A stretch of DNA of 63,406 bases, counting the filler, from Licmophora abbreviata (lineage: Eukaryota): NCBI GenBank assembly GCA_900291995.1. It is 9 parts of 9 records of this genome, joined end to end, with 100 filler letters (N's around TTAATTAATTAA, not from the genome) between each part and the next. Parts side by side here need not be neighbours in the genome. Positions count along the whole stretch, not along the records: positions 10,008 to 30,376 come from OLMU01004251.1; positions 30,477 to 39,335 come from OLMU01004253.1; 7 more parts are not named here. One strand, given 5' to 3'. The notes below the pieces were generated by a model. That model had not been told where the DNA came from. It was given only the letters and a program-made list of their open reading frames with translations, and did not search any database. Below are positions 21,930-33,921 of this stretch, piece after piece (positions within the stretch are counted from its first letter, which is position 1; each line of letters starts with the position of its first letter). The position numbers and the translations under genes are program-made.

Positions 21930-24305
21930 CTAGGCAGAATCGGTCTCGATCGTCCTCTTTTTCTCCTTCTTTCGCTTCTTTTTCTTTTTGGCGTCTGGGT
22001 CCTTCTTCTTTTTCGGCTTTTTTTGTTTCTCCGCCTGAGGAGACGAGGGATGTTCTACTTCATCCAGCATGGCCTGGGCTTCTTGCTCAGCGGCGGCGAT
22101 GGCAGCCAATGCCGCAGCACTAATTCCTGTGCTTGGAGAGCCGGTACCTACAACTGACGCTGTGGTCTTGTCATCAGTTGTGGGGTGCGTTGCTTTCTGA
22201 ATGGACAGTCTGGACTGTTCTGTCGAACCTTCTGTGCCTTCGACAATGAACTCGCCGTCGTTGCTCTCGCCATCGCTTATTTGTGCGACATCGAAGGACG
22301 AATGAGACGCTGCTTGGGTGACGGCGACCCTTGTGCCTGCTGAATGATTGCGTTCCTGTTCCGGGTCGCCACTCAGAGCTGGTCTTCCCCCCTCAACGAG
22401 CACCAGACTCAGATCTACCGAATCGGTCTTTTCGCCCTTCGATCCATCATCGGACAAGTCGCCACCGTTAGTAGCTGGTTTCACGAAGTCCGTAGCCTGA
22501 GCAGAGTCGGCGTTGTCAATAGTGGCGTTCTGTTCCTTGGGAGACGAGATCACCTTGTCGCTTCCCTCGTCGAAAGGGAGACTACGCTGGTCGGCCTGCA
22601 CTTGGTCACTTTCTGGTGGCCTTGCTTGCTCTTTCCTGCTCCTGTCCTCGTGCTCCTGGTCTTGTGGAGCAGTGGTGTCTTCGTACGCATCCGCCTGGTC
22701 ATTGCTGCGGTCCAGATCAATATCATCGTCGTCCCACCCATCACGGCCGTTGCCTGAATTATTCTCTTCAGGTATGCCAGTAGCCAGTGATTCTGTAGGC
22801 GCCGGTTGACTCAGCGATGAGGCCTCCTCGTGCTCTTTACCTGGCGGTACAAGGGACTCGGAAGACTCTGGCCGCTTGGTAAAGGCTCCGGCGGGAACCG
22901 ATTTCGAGCCTTTCGTTTTCTCCAGATTTGGAGCACCCACATCGTCCGTGCCTTCATCGGGCGACTTGCGTCCTAATTCAATACTCTCCTCTCCAGATGA
23001 CGCTTTTGAATCCAACATTCCGTCATGCCTATTTCCCTTTTCATCGTAAAAGAAGTCATCCTCCTCCTCGTCTGTACCCCCAATTGGGACTCCGAGAAGA
23101 GGTGCGGGGACGAGCATAACGGGATGGGTTTCCTCGTCCTCATCATCTGCAAAAAAATCATCAAGTGCCTTCTTTCGATCCACTTGGGGGTGTTTCATCG
23201 GCAATACCGGCCTTGGCTTTACCGAAGATCTGACTGGGGGGAGTCTCGCTGCCCGTTTCTTACTTGTCGGCGAAGGAGCCACGCCTCTCTCGGCGGGTAG
23301 AGCTCCTTGGTGTACCGTTTCCTGACGCTCGGTGGCTTGAGCCCCATTAGATCGTGGTTCTGTATCAGACCGCGTGGTTGCAGATATCACCGTACTGTTA
23401 AGTTCGGAACCAGCTTGTGTTTGTTCCAGAAACGACAAGAACTCTTCATAGGATTGTTCCGGCACGGTTTCGCGTGCGTTCGCCAGTCCACTTCTTACCT
23501 CCAACAGACGTTCTTCCAGTTCCGCTTGCTTCCGCAACATATAGACACGATAAATGAAATGATGCAAACGACTTAGTCCATAGCAGTTGCGAAGCGAGGT
23601 GCTGCCGCATTCCAGAATCACGCGTTCTGCACTCAAGGTCGCGTGCTTTGCAAGAGCCTTTTCAGCCCACTTTTGTAGATTGTGAGGTTGTATCCGTTCC
23701 GGTTTGCTTCCAGTTTCGGGCATGTCGTCGCGCAAGTCTCGAAAGTTCAACAATAGACACAGGCAAACCCGTTTCTTCTTGTCACTGTTAGCACCATGTT
23801 CCTCGCCCGATCCCGCTTGACCAACAAGTTCCGGGATCACAGTCTTGGTAATGTATTCTCGAACCCTTTTTGCGTCATGTCTTGGGTTCACCAAGACAAC
23901 ATAAAAATCAAGTGCGTTTCCATCATTTGACTCCGGTAGCACCACCTGCAGCTGGATGCGGTCCCAGACAGAAGCTCCGGATGGTGGTTGATAAGGAACC
24001 GTAGCGCCGCCGTCCTGTGCTGCAGCATCGGCGACTTCCTCCTTCGACGCAAAAGGATCCTTTCCACTCAGCCTTTGCAATAAAGTCCGTTTACCACTGG
24101 ATTGTAGACCCAAAATAACGCCTTTCAATGTCGTTGGTCGTGGTCTCAGGGGCCGTCGTTGGGCATTGATGCTGCTTGCGTGCGAGGTAGATCGCTGTGA
24201 GTGAGACGCGGGATGATCCGAAAGATCGCGGCTCGGAAATCTTGTCTCATTTGAACGTACTTCACCCTCCTTGGGATCGTAAAAGATTGACTCTGTTGTT
24301 CCCAT
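21930..24305 (-). CDS. RABL6-like protein (divergent P-loop GTPase with acidic and Lys-rich tail)
   Basis: ILGLQSSGKRTLLQRLSGKDPF; TSLRNCYGLSRLHHFI followed by a coiled coil; poly-Lys C-terminus. Confidence 0.6.
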   Translation of the reverse strand: MGTTESIFYDPKEGEVRSNETRFPSRDLSDHPASHSQRSTSHASSINAQRRPLRPRPTTLKGVILGLQSSGKRTLLQRLSGKDPFASKEEVADAAAQDGGATVPYQPPSGASVWDRIQLQVVLPESNDGNALDFYVVLVNPRHDAKRVREYITKTVIPELVGQAGSGEEHGANSDKKKRVCLCLLLNFRDLRDDMPETGSKPERIQPHNLQKWAEKALAKHATLSAERVILECGSTSLRNCYGLSRLHHFIYRVYMLRKQAELEERLLEVRSGLANARETVPEQSYEEFLSFLEQTQAGSELNSTVISATTRSDTEPRSNGAQATERQETVHQGALPAERGVAPSPTSKKRAARLPPVRSSVKPRPVLPMKHPQVDRKKALDDFFADDEDEETHPVMLVPAPLLGVPIGGTDEEEDDFFYDEKGNRHDGMLDSKASSGEESIELGRKSPDEGTDDVGAPNLEKTKGSKSVPAGAFTKRPESSESLVPPGKEHEEASSLSQPAPTESLATGIPEENNSGNGRDGWDDDDIDLDRSNDQADAYEDTTAPQDQEHEDRSRKEQARPPESDQVQADQRSLPFDEGSDKVISSPKEQNATIDNADSAQATDFVKPATNGGDLSDDGSKGEKTDSVDLSLVLVEGGRPALSGDPEQERNHSAGTRVAVTQAASHSSFDVAQISDGESNDGEFIVEGTEGSTEQSRLSIQKATHPTTDDKTTASVVGTGSPSTGISAAALAAIAAAEQEAQAMLDEVEHPSSPQAEKQKKPKKKKDPDAKKKKKRKKEKKRTIETDSA

Positions 24306-24631
24306 GGCAAGCGAAGTGGAGTCTCATCGTCAAAGAAACGATGTCGCAAACCGCAATGCATCGCATCAACGCATCAGCAAGGAGGTGCGCGATGCGAGCT
24401 CCCGCCGGCGCCAAAGCTCAAAGTCATGAGAGCACCGCGCCGTCAGACAGTCGATTCCACAAGTATGATAAAGTCTACGCTCGACTCATGACGTTTCAAC
24501 GGAACCTTTCCATCTGTTGATAAGACTTGACTCAGCTCAATCGCTACGACGCTAGAGCTATAGCCAGACATACAATCGTGCTGGGGTAAACGTGTTCAAG
24601 ACTATGCTACAAGGTACAAGGTTCTTCGTTG

Positions 24632-25399
24632 CTAGTAGCCAGACTCCGCTGTGCCTCCGTCAAGGACGGCAGCTGTCGATCCAATCCCTAGACGAGTCGC
24701 TCCTTGCTCCAGATAGGCAACCGCCTGATCCCAATTTCGGATTCCACCAGATGCTTTGATACCAATCTTGCCTCCGACAGTCTTGACCATAGTGGAAATG
24801 ATCTCTGGTGTTGCGGAAGAAGACCCAAATCCAGTCGATGTCTTCACGAAATCCGCCCCCGCCAACAGAGTGAGCTCGCACGCCTTGGCTACTTGTTCCA
24901 ACGTAAGGTAGCAGCTTTCTTGAATCACCTTCACCTTGACATTACTGGCATGTGCTACCCTGACAACAGATTGAATATCCGACTGCACATAGTCATAATT
25001 CTCAGAGAGGAACTGTCCAATGTTCATGACCATGTCGATCTCATCTACACCATCTGCAACAGCCTGCTGTGCCTGAAAAACTTTCGTCTCAGTTGTATCC
25101 GCGCCATGAGGGAAGCTCAAGACACACGAGACCATGACTTTGCTGTCTTGGAGAAGCTTGCTGGTCAGCTTGACGTCACAGGGTCGGACGCACATGCTGG
25201 CGACGCCTCGCTGAATGCACATGGCTGCATTTTCGCGCACATCGGCCTCCGTTTGACTGGGCTTGAGTACGGCATGATCAATGGCGGCCGAAACCTGTTT
25301 GACAGTGTATGTAGGAGGCATGAAGACTGGGAGTTCCGTCAACGTTCCGACCCTGATTGTTAGCCCGTCTTTCTTGTGTGTGTCGTCGTCTTGCGTCAT
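24632..25399 (-). CDS. DERA: Deoxyribose-phosphate aldolase
   Basis: IDHAVLKP, GVDEIDMV, GADFVKTSTGF, KASGGIR, RLGIGS. Confidence 0.95.
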   Translation of the reverse strand: MTQDDDTHKKDGLTIRVGTLTELPVFMPPTYTVKQVSAAIDHAVLKPSQTEADVRENAAMCIQRGVASMCVRPCDVKLTSKLLQDSKVMVSCVLSFPHGADTTETKVFQAQQAVADGVDEIDMVMNIGQFLSENYDYVQSDIQSVVRVAHASNVKVKVIQESCYLTLEQVAKACELTLLAGADFVKTSTGFGSSSATPEIISTMVKTVGGKIGIKASGGIRNWDQAVAYLEQGATRLGIGSTAAVLDGGTAESGY

Positions 25400-25577
25400 G
25401 AAGCAAATCGATTGATTCGATTCATTCATTCGGGACTCGACTCACGCGACTACAACGCGCACGACGACGACGAGAGCCACATCGTTTTTCGAGAACACCA
25501 TGGAGTTTCACGACCCAAATGTGACTCGATTCTTTCACGATTGATGCTCTCACAAATTGAAACATAAAGCAGACAAC

Positions 25578-26003
25578 ATGACTGACGACAACGACAACGC
25601 CTTGGCAACCGGAAGAGAGATTGGAGGAGCCGCGGTGGTAGGAGGAGCGACGGGATTGGTTCTCTTTGGTCCTATCCTTGGAATGCTGGCCGCCGTCGGC
25701 GGGGCCGTCGCTGCTCAGTCTACCGGCAAGACGGGAGAGGTCGCTCGCTCCTGTGGAGAAGCGACGGCTTCGGTTGGAGACAGACTGAAAGCATTTAATC
25801 AAGACCATCACGTTGTAGACAAGACAAAGAATGCTGCGAGCGGGGCGATTCGGTCTGCCAAGAGATTCGACGAGGAGCATGGGGTCGTGGAGAAGGCATC
25901 CAAGTCGATTGTGGCCGGGGCGGATTATATATCCAGAAAACTGTCACCATCGACTTCTACCACCAGAAAAGCGAGTCAACATGCACAGGATGCCACGGTA
26001 TAG
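25578..26003 (+). CDS. Small glycine-zipper hypothetical protein
   Basis: GGAAVVGGATGLVLFGPILGMLAAVGGAVAA, followed by two repeats of F..(D/E)H.VV.K. Confidence 0.7.
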   Translation: MTDDNDNALATGREIGGAAVVGGATGLVLFGPILGMLAAVGGAVAAQSTGKTGEVARSCGEATASVGDRLKAFNQDHHVVDKTKNAASGAIRSAKRFDEEHGVVEKASKSIVAGADYISRKLSPSTSTTRKASQHAQDATV

Positions 26004-26067
26004 AGATGATGGATGCGGTGAGTCAGAAAATAGTAGATCAGCCCCGTAGCAGCCCGTTTTGCTTCGA

Positions 26068-27099
26068 CTATCCATATTCTCGTCGTACTGCTGCATCATA
26101 CTCTTCCTCGGAGCCCAGATTCTTTCCATTGTCAAGACGATCTAACACTGCAATCGTGCGATCCTTGATGTCAAAGCCCCAGAATCCCCAGCCACTCATA
26201 AAGCGCGCGAAATCACAATACGCCAGTTCCATCGACTCCTTCAGGTCTTTCATGGATGGGACACTGATGTTCTTAGGAAGCCTCGCCACTAACTCCTCAT
26301 AGTAAGCGCTCAGTAAAGCCTCTTCGTCGTCTGGATCGGTTGAGGAACACAGAAAGTAAGCCAGATCTTGCGTAGGACACCCCTTCCCACAATACTGAAA
26401 GTCGCAAAATGCAATGTCATCGTTGCTTGTCCACAGTATATTGGCATCTTTTGGATCCCCATGAATTACACATTGCATTCTATCTCGCTTTAACCGAGCA
26501 TCAATCGCACGCGCTGCTCGTTTCAGTCGTCCCTGCCAGCCACTGCGAGGCATACTCTCGTGTTCGTCGGGACGCGTATCGAGATGCCAATAGCTTCCTG
26601 TCGGTTGCAACAATTTCTTAACAGGACTAGGCAGTCTTTCTGCTTCTTCCCATGTGGCAGCATGAAAGTTGGCCAGCCAGCGAATCGCTGGCTCTTCAAA
26701 TGACGTATTGCTCGCGCTGTGGTCGTTCCAACACGACATGCAAATTGTGATTTGACCATCATGGCGAGGATGATCCACAAAGTATGGCTCGGGGAGCGCG
26801 ATACTGTGCTGCGCCATAAGACGCTTGGCACAGTGCTCATAAAAATTGGCCTCAACGACATAACTTGCTGCCTTTCGACGATCTCCGAGGCTCATCGCGC
26901 CCGGTGGAGGAGGATCGACGCGCTTGACGACGAAGGACGACTCAGTGACGCCGACGTTGCTGCTGCTGTCCTGAAAGGAGACTTTGTAAATATGACCCAT
27001 GCCCGACCACAGACGACATAGTGGCTGTATTTCAACTGAACCAATGGTTTTCTGGGGAAAACACTGTCGTGCCAACTGGACGGCCTCTTCTTGCTTCAT
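26068..27099 (-). CDS. APH/choline/ecdysteroid kinase-like phosphotransferase
   Basis: VIHGDPKDANIL, CDFQY, DLAYFL. Confidence 0.85.
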   Translation of the reverse strand: MKQEEAVQLARQCFPQKTIGSVEIQPLCRLWSGMGHIYKVSFQDSSSNVGVTESSFVVKRVDPPPPGAMSLGDRRKAASYVVEANFYEHCAKRLMAQHSIALPEPYFVDHPRHDGQITICMSCWNDHSASNTSFEEPAIRWLANFHAATWEEAERLPSPVKKLLQPTGSYWHLDTRPDEHESMPRSGWQGRLKRAARAIDARLKRDRMQCVIHGDPKDANILWTSNDDIAFCDFQYCGKGCPTQDLAYFLCSSTDPDDEEALLSAYYEELVARLPKNISVPSMKDLKESMELAYCDFARFMSGWGFWGFDIKDRTIAVLDRLDNGKNLGSEEEYDAAVRREYG

Positions 27100-27313
27100 G
27101 CGGTGGCCTCTATCGTCACGATTTTGTCGAGTGCGCCTCCGTCATGTTGGTCATGGTTCACACAGAACATCACGGCGCACCCATGAACGCGCGGCGGAGG
27201 GCGCCCAAATCCGCCACATTCGTGAGAGTGGCTTACATGACGTCATCATGCGTGTCACATCGTGCACCATGCAGATCCTATTTGATCCCGACCCAAAACA
27301 AGTCGAATCGACC

Positions 27314-29200
27314 ATGATGGTGAGCAAAGTGAGCATCATGGCATCACGACGGCCCAATGCACGCGTCAAAGCTTGCCGTGTGACAGCGTGGACTCTGGCA
27401 GCGGCTAGTGTGATTAGACCGTCTCTCTGTCTTTCGACCAGCACCGCCTCGTCAAACATCGCTTCTTTCTTGCAAGATCCATCACTACTGCCAGGAATCA
27501 AATTAACTCCCTCTGACGGCACTTTCGAAGTCCGTAACCCGGCCGATCCTAGTCACATTTTAGCACACGTTCCATCTCAGAGTCGGAGGGACACCGTGCA
27601 TGCCATTGGACGGTCCTCGAAAGCGCTCGTCCACTTTCGCGACAAGACGACAGCGAGATACCGTTCGAATCTACTGAATTCTTGGAGTCAACTCGTCACG
27701 GAACATGCGGAAGATCTTGCCACCATCATGACACTAGAATCGGGAAAGCCATTGTCTGAGTCCCGGGGTGAAGTGGCATATGGAAATTCCTTTCTAGACT
27801 TTTATGCCGGCGAAGCCATTCGTTCCACCTCTGCGGGAGGCGGGACGATTGTACCAACGCCCTTTTCTTTCAGTGATGATGCTTCCCCACGAGGTCACGT
27901 CATGGCGATTCAGCAAGCTGTAGGTGTGACGGGACTCATAACACCGTGGAATTTTCCAATGGCCATGATCACCCGCAAGGTCGGACCCGCCTTGGCTGCG
28001 GGCTGTACAGCAGTTGTGAAACCATCTGGACAGACACCGCTGACGGCTATGGCGTTGGAGACCTTGGCGTCTCGGGCAGGAATTCCAAAAGATGTGCTCC
28101 AGCTAATGTGAGTGTTTTAGTGAAGGTGAAGTAGGATATTTGGTGCTCGCTGGTACGGTGCTTGCTCACGAAGACACATGTCGCACCCTCCAGCACAATA
28201 CCTGATGAAGACGCATCGGAGATAGGAACAGAGCTGTGTACGAATCCTTCTGTCAAGAAGATTAGCTTCACAGGTTCGACAGCTGTTGGGAAACTCCTGA
28301 TGAAGCAGAGCAGCGACACAGTTAAACGCTTGTCTCTTGGTAAGTAACCGGCCAGAATACTGAAGGAAGGACTGTGGCTGCTGTACGAGACGAAGAAGTA
28401 TCATCGGCGACTAATGCGTGGCTGCATGGTGAACCACAGAGCTAGGCGGAAATGCTCCATTTATCGTGTTTGAGGATGCCAATATCGAACAGGCGGTGAC
28501 CAGTGCCATGGCCTCCAAGTTTCGCAATGCAGGTCAAACATGCGTCTGCGCCGATCGCTTCCTGATTCATTCGTCTGTGCACGATGAGTTTGTCGAAAAG
28601 CTCGTGGAACAAGTGAAAATGATTTGTGTGGGTCCTGGAATGGGCCCAAAAGTAACGATGGGACCACTCATCACATCCAAGGCGGTGCAGTCTGTACATC
28701 AAAAGGTCATGGATGCTGTCGAGGACGGCGCAACGTGTGTTGCAGGTGGCAATCCCTTGACGTCGCTGGGACCCAATTTTTTCGAGCCAACCGTGATGAC
28801 GCAGGTTTCGACGCATTCCAGCATCTGGAAGACTGAAACTTTTGGTCCTGTTGCGCCTATTGTATCGTTTGATACAGAGGAAGAGGCACTGGCTCTTGCC
28901 AATGATTCCAGTGTCGGGCTTGCTTCTTACTTTTGCAGCCAAGACGTCTCCAGAGCGTTTCGCTTTTCTTCCCGGTACGTCAGGTCTAGTTGGATCGTTG
29001 GATCTTGAGTGGAGAGTATACCTAACTAATCCTTTTCTACTTCTAGCCTGGAGTCTGGCCTAGTGGGAGTCAATGAGGGTGTCATCAGCACTTGTGCCGC
29101 TCCGTTCGGCGGTGTCAAAGAGAGCGGACTGGGACGAGAGGGGAGTTCGGTCGGGATAGCTGAGTACTTGGAGCAGAAGTACATATTCCTTAATGTCTAA
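27314..29200 (+). CDS. Succinate-semialdehyde dehydrogenase (ALDH5/GabD-like); 3 introns (~28108-28193, 28340-28439, 28975-29046)
   Basis: [66 protein letters not shown]; start uncertain. Confidence 0.92.
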
Positions 29201-29397
29201 GTAGAAACGGAGCTAATGGTACGCCTAGAGTCATAGAATGTCTCGTTCTTCATTCATCATCCGGGGGGACGAATCTGAGTTTCAAACGAAGTGTTCGTAG
29301 TACGCGAACTCTGTGGCAAAGAAGTTGTGCTTTTTGCTTGAAAGATTCACAAAAACACGAGCGTCATCATCAGCGCGACGAGATGAGGGGGTCGACC

Positions 29398-30376
29398 ATG
29401 GCCGTCATACGGAAGCTGGTACTTCTCCTGGCTACGTGGACTCCACAAGCATGCTCCTTTACTCCAGTCCTGCGAAGAGGCTGGTCCAATAGAGCTTCAC
29501 TGCGAGCATCGACAATTGACAGTGATCCCTTGCCGCTCACCGCTAAAGATCTTGACGACGTCAAGGGTGACTTGGTTCGAACCTCCACAGCAGCCACCAA
29601 GCCATCGCTGGAAGAAATCCGTAGTCTTTCTCAGCAGGTGGAACATATAGGCGAGCAGGTGAGTCTTAAGGTGTCTTGAAGTCCAAGGTTTACTTATCCA
29701 GGGCTCATTAAAGTCATCTCGTCGTGCTGCTGTTGTCCGCTCGACGTATTGTATCATAGCTGGGCATCGGACAGGCTTCGTCGATTTCAGGCCTGTTGTC
29801 TGGAGAATGGTACGTACCGAGAAAGCGTGAGCATGATGTCACAGTGCCAGGTTAAGGCGAAATCCTCATTGGCAGTCTCGTACTCCTCTCTCAGGGAACT
29901 CTTATACTCGCCGGAGGACGTTACGAGATCCAGTCCGTTCTTCTGGGCCTTTCGGCAGGCGTTTCCCGATCAGTCGGATCAGATTTTCGGCATCACCGAT
30001 GCAATTCCGGCTCCGATCAAAGAGGTAGGACCTGCGTATCAAACGATCGACTTGAATGCAGGAACGAATACAGGTGAATTCACGTCCAGAGTCAAAGTGG
30101 CAACGCTCGGCGGCATGGCGACTTCCATCATGACGACCAAAGCGGCAATTGTTGGCATTGAAGGACTAGACGGGCTTCGACTAAGGATTGAAACTACAAA
30201 ACCAAAGGATAGTACAATGGTGAAGACCCTTTTTGGTCCACTCGGGGATGTGGTGAATCAAAACGCCCCTCCATTTCCGAGTGGAGATGCGTTGGAGCAG
30301 GTTGCCCCAGGGTCTTCCGTGGTCACCATGCGGACGACATACTGCGATGAGGGGATCCGAATCAGTCGAAATGAGA
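29398..30376 (+). CDS. Plastid lipid-associated/fibrillin-like protein; 2 introns, 3' end cut by gap
   Basis: Signal peptide ending ACS-FTP; SGLLSGEW|ELLY, RSSPFFWAF, TTYCDEGIRISRN. Confidence 0.75.
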
Positions 30377-30476
30377 NNNNNNNNNNNNNNNNNNNNNNNN
30401 NNNNNNNNNNNNNNNNNNNNTTAATTAATTAANNNNNNNNNNNNNNNNNNNNNNNNNNNNNNNNNNNNNNNNNNNN

Positions 30477-30702
30477 GCCAACGAAGCACAGCGCGATTGC
30501 TGCGAGAGACAACGTCAGTTCCGAGAAGCAAAGTCCACAGAACTGTAGTTGATGAATGGGGAAGACACTCAGAAATTTCATGAGCCGTCGCTGCGCCTAA
30601 TGTCTTCTTTCCCGTCAAAACAGACAACAGCGTCGCCGTCAAGAAGACCAGCTTTGTGTACACACCCACATACAGACATCCCCGATCCAGCAATGACGCC
30701 AT
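30477..30702 (-). CDS. Possible 5' fragment of a secretory protein running into the gap
   Basis: ATG followed by hydrophobic LVFLTATLLSVL; no recognisable domain. Confidence 0.25.
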
Positions 30703-30947
30703 CACCGCTACACCGCGACGCGAGATGATTGATCGCTGAATTTTTTTCTTTTGTTTTCCCGCTCAAGTTCGGATGGTTTTATCTTTACATAGCTCGTAGC
30801 TCGAGCTGTGTTGCCGTCAAACGCGGTTTACCTCTTACACGCGTACTACTGCGTACAGTTTGTACGACATTGTACGTACCCGACTCGATCACCCCTCATC
30901 GCACACAAGCCGAGTGCTCGTTTTGCCACCAGGAAGAGACCGTCACC

Positions 30948-31582
30948 ATGGTGCGTTATTGAGGGCGAAGATCATTCTCTGTTTGAAAAATGAATGCTCA
31001 GTGGTGTCCATGATGGTTGCTGGAGAGATGGCTTGAGTTCATGACGGCCTTGGAACAATGGGCAAGCCAAACGAGGGGCACGGTGTTCTGGCCTCTCTTT
31101 GGGTTATCAGCCGGCTCGCAACATTCGAAATCGCCCTCGCAATGATGGACAAATGCCGACGATGGCAATAGGCGGAACTGGAGGACACTGCTTGTACCAC
31201 CGACCGCTCTCTTTTCTCACAAACCCCCTTTCCCTCTCATGTGTAGCCGCCCAAGGTTCAGCAAAAGTCGAAGGAGCAGAAAATGGCCGCCGCCATGGCC
31301 GGCGGTAAGGGAAAGAAGAAGAAGTGGTCAAAGGGAAAGGCCCGCGATAAGGTCGACAACAAAGTCTTGCTGTCGAAGGAGCAGTTTGATCGTCTCCACT
31401 CGGAGGTTCCCAAGATGAAGCTCATTACTGTTTCAGCGGTTGTCGAAAAGCTCAAGATCTCGGGAGGACTGGCCAGACGCTCTTTGCGGATTTTGGAAGA
31501 GGAGGGAAAGATTCGTCCTGTGTTGCTTTCTCGGGCTCAACGAATTTACACTCGTAATGTTACAGAAGACGGCGACGAGTAA
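30948..31582 (+). CDS. RPS25: 40S ribosomal protein S25; only the ATG lies upstream of intron 30951-31246
   Basis: ATG|GTGCGT...GTAG|CCG gives MPPKVQQKSKEQKMAAAMAGGKGKKKKWSKGK. Confidence 0.96.
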
Positions 31583-31701
31583 ATAAGGCAGCGGCTTCTA
31601 GAAATGAACTTTTCGTATTTAGAAAGTTTTGATGCCAGGGATGAACATACGGAATGTCACTGTGCCACACTTATGGCGAGCTGCTGGGGACCGATCAATA
31701 G

Positions 31702-33576
31702 TCAGCTGTCCTGATAGTGCATTAGCTTGTACAGGAGACACTTTCCTTTGTCGTTCCCAATCGCCATAAACTTGGACTGCGGTGAAAAGTCCATGCTCCA
31801 TACGTAGCTCAGCGGTGTTTTGTTCGTTGGCCAGTTTGAAAATACAGTCGCGGTCGGCACATGTAAAAGCTTCATGCTATGCTTGTCGCGTCGACTCGAC
31901 ATGGCCAAGATCTGCCCATCAGGGTTGAACTTGGTGAAGTCCGCCGAGGTGTGCAAGTTCATAATGGACTTGAGAGGCGATCTCGTCGGGTAGCCCGTAC
32001 CGGCATGCTCTGAGTAGAGGTTCACCACTCCGCTTTCCGCGCCCACGGAGAGATGCTTCATCGATGCCGATAGTGACGACGTAATCGTGCCATCTTCGTT
32101 CGAAAAGCGTTCTACACATCGCCGGCTCTTCAGATCCCACCTGGTGTGTAAAAAGGAATGAATGCCGTAAGTGCATGGTGAAATAGTACGTGATACGAGT
32201 CTCGGACCGACATACCGATAGACATCTCCATCACTGCCGCTTCCAATAACGTGCTCCCCATCGGGGGTAAATGTAACAGCACGGACGCTCCCATTCATCT
32301 TCAAGTCGGCAATCCAGTGCTTCGTATGAGCATCCACCAGTAGAATGTATCCGTCGTTTCCTACGAAAGCAATCGTTCTGCCATCAGGCGAAGTCGCCAG
32401 CTTTTCCAGGCTCTTTTCCTCTCGTCCCACAATTTTGGGAACCAAGTCAAGCTATTCCAATGCAAGGAAGGGGGTTATTCGTTAGTCAAGTTCATGGGGG
32501 ATGCTTTGAACTGCGCCACGCCGCCTACCTTTCCAGCCACTGCATCATAAATGTAAAAGAACGGCCGCCTTCCGCTTACAACAACGTTGCCGGAATTGCC
32601 GAGAAACGAGGCACTATAAATGGGGAGTTTTGGGACTTCGATCCACAACAGCAATGCAGTTAAGAGCTAGGTCAGCAATCGTACAAAACTCTTAGAAGAT
32701 GGCCAAGCTATGCTCAAACAATGACTGTATGTACTCACAATGAATTCCGTGAACCTTTTGACTCTCCTCTGCATCGACATGAAAAAATCTCAATGATTTG
32801 TCTAGGCCAGCAGTCAGCATCAGAGGTCTGTCAGGATCTGATCCAGGGTGAAAATTTACGGCTTGAACGACGGCACTGTTTGGGTCTTTCAGATTGGCAT
32901 CAGGGCATCGAACAACATTCAGCACCTGTGGTGGCAAGCGAAGCACGGACGACGCCAGAAGTGGAGCGGACGATGAGACCAAAAGCTCATCCTCGTCAAC
33001 CTTCACTTCTCCTGCCCCATCCGATTCAATCCTTGCCCAATCAGTCCGCGCTGTCGCCATGGCAGTATCTTCGAATCGTTTCCGCAGTCTTTGTTCGAGT
33101 TCCGAGCCTCGTATTGCAGCGGCACCCTCTTCCGTTCGCGACTTTCGAAGTTTTCGAAGTCGATTCGTGACCAGAAGATTGACAGTGACTTCTCCATCAT
33201 CTTCGTCCACCCAAGCTGCTTTCTCGGACGTGCTTGAAGAGTCGTCGTCCGATCGCTCCTTCTGATCGGAATCGTGCGCGTCTATCTCGACATGTCTCGC
33301 TCCTGAGGTTCCTGCCCCCGCCCTATCCAACTGAAACAAAGCTTCTAGCTCTTTTGTTTCTTCTGTTTGATTTTCTTCTTCCTCCTGGACTGAATCTTCT
33401 GGAGTCTCCTGTTCACAGTTTCCGCCAAAGATCATCGCGGTTAATCGCTCCGCTTCCGCCGCCTCTTCTATGGCCGCCCTTGTACGTTTCCGCTCTTTTC
33501 TACCAGCTCTGGCATCGTTTTGGTCCTCCTGAGACGTCAGGGGTGACAATATCCTGTGCCGCTGTTTCTTTGCCAT
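31702..33576 (-). CDS. UTP18: U3 snoRNA-associated WD40 protein 18; 3 introns
   Basis: AWVDEDD..RLRKLRK, LTAGLDK, TATVFSNWPT..TPL, AIGNDKGK.LLYKL. Confidence 0.92.
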
Positions 33577-33921
33577 CGCGGACCGCACGAAGAAAGCAGT
33601 CAAAAAATGTCGATGCCAATGAATTCACACGCTTCACTTTGCTGTGCTCGCGGTGCATGCGATGATTGTTCGTCAATGCGAAGAGGGGATTGAAAGAAAA
33701 TCACGACGAAAGACGAGATTGGTGGCCGGAATTGAGGTTATGGGCGTAACGAAGATAAATCTGGAAACGACATGATATTTTCACATTTATCATTATGTCT
33801 GGTCTGAAAGAATACAATGACTTTGATATAATATCAAGTTGTCCATTGGGCCAATCTGTGCGTTGGGCTCACAAATTTACGCCCTGCCCCGTTGCCTTTT
33901 GTTGGAAAGTTTGAAGTTCAC

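Noticed and set aside
30948..33576. Ribosome-related cluster (RPS25, UTP18, with RPL21 and NOP53 elsewhere)
   Set aside because: Large gene class spread over more than 50 kb and several contigs; compatible with chance
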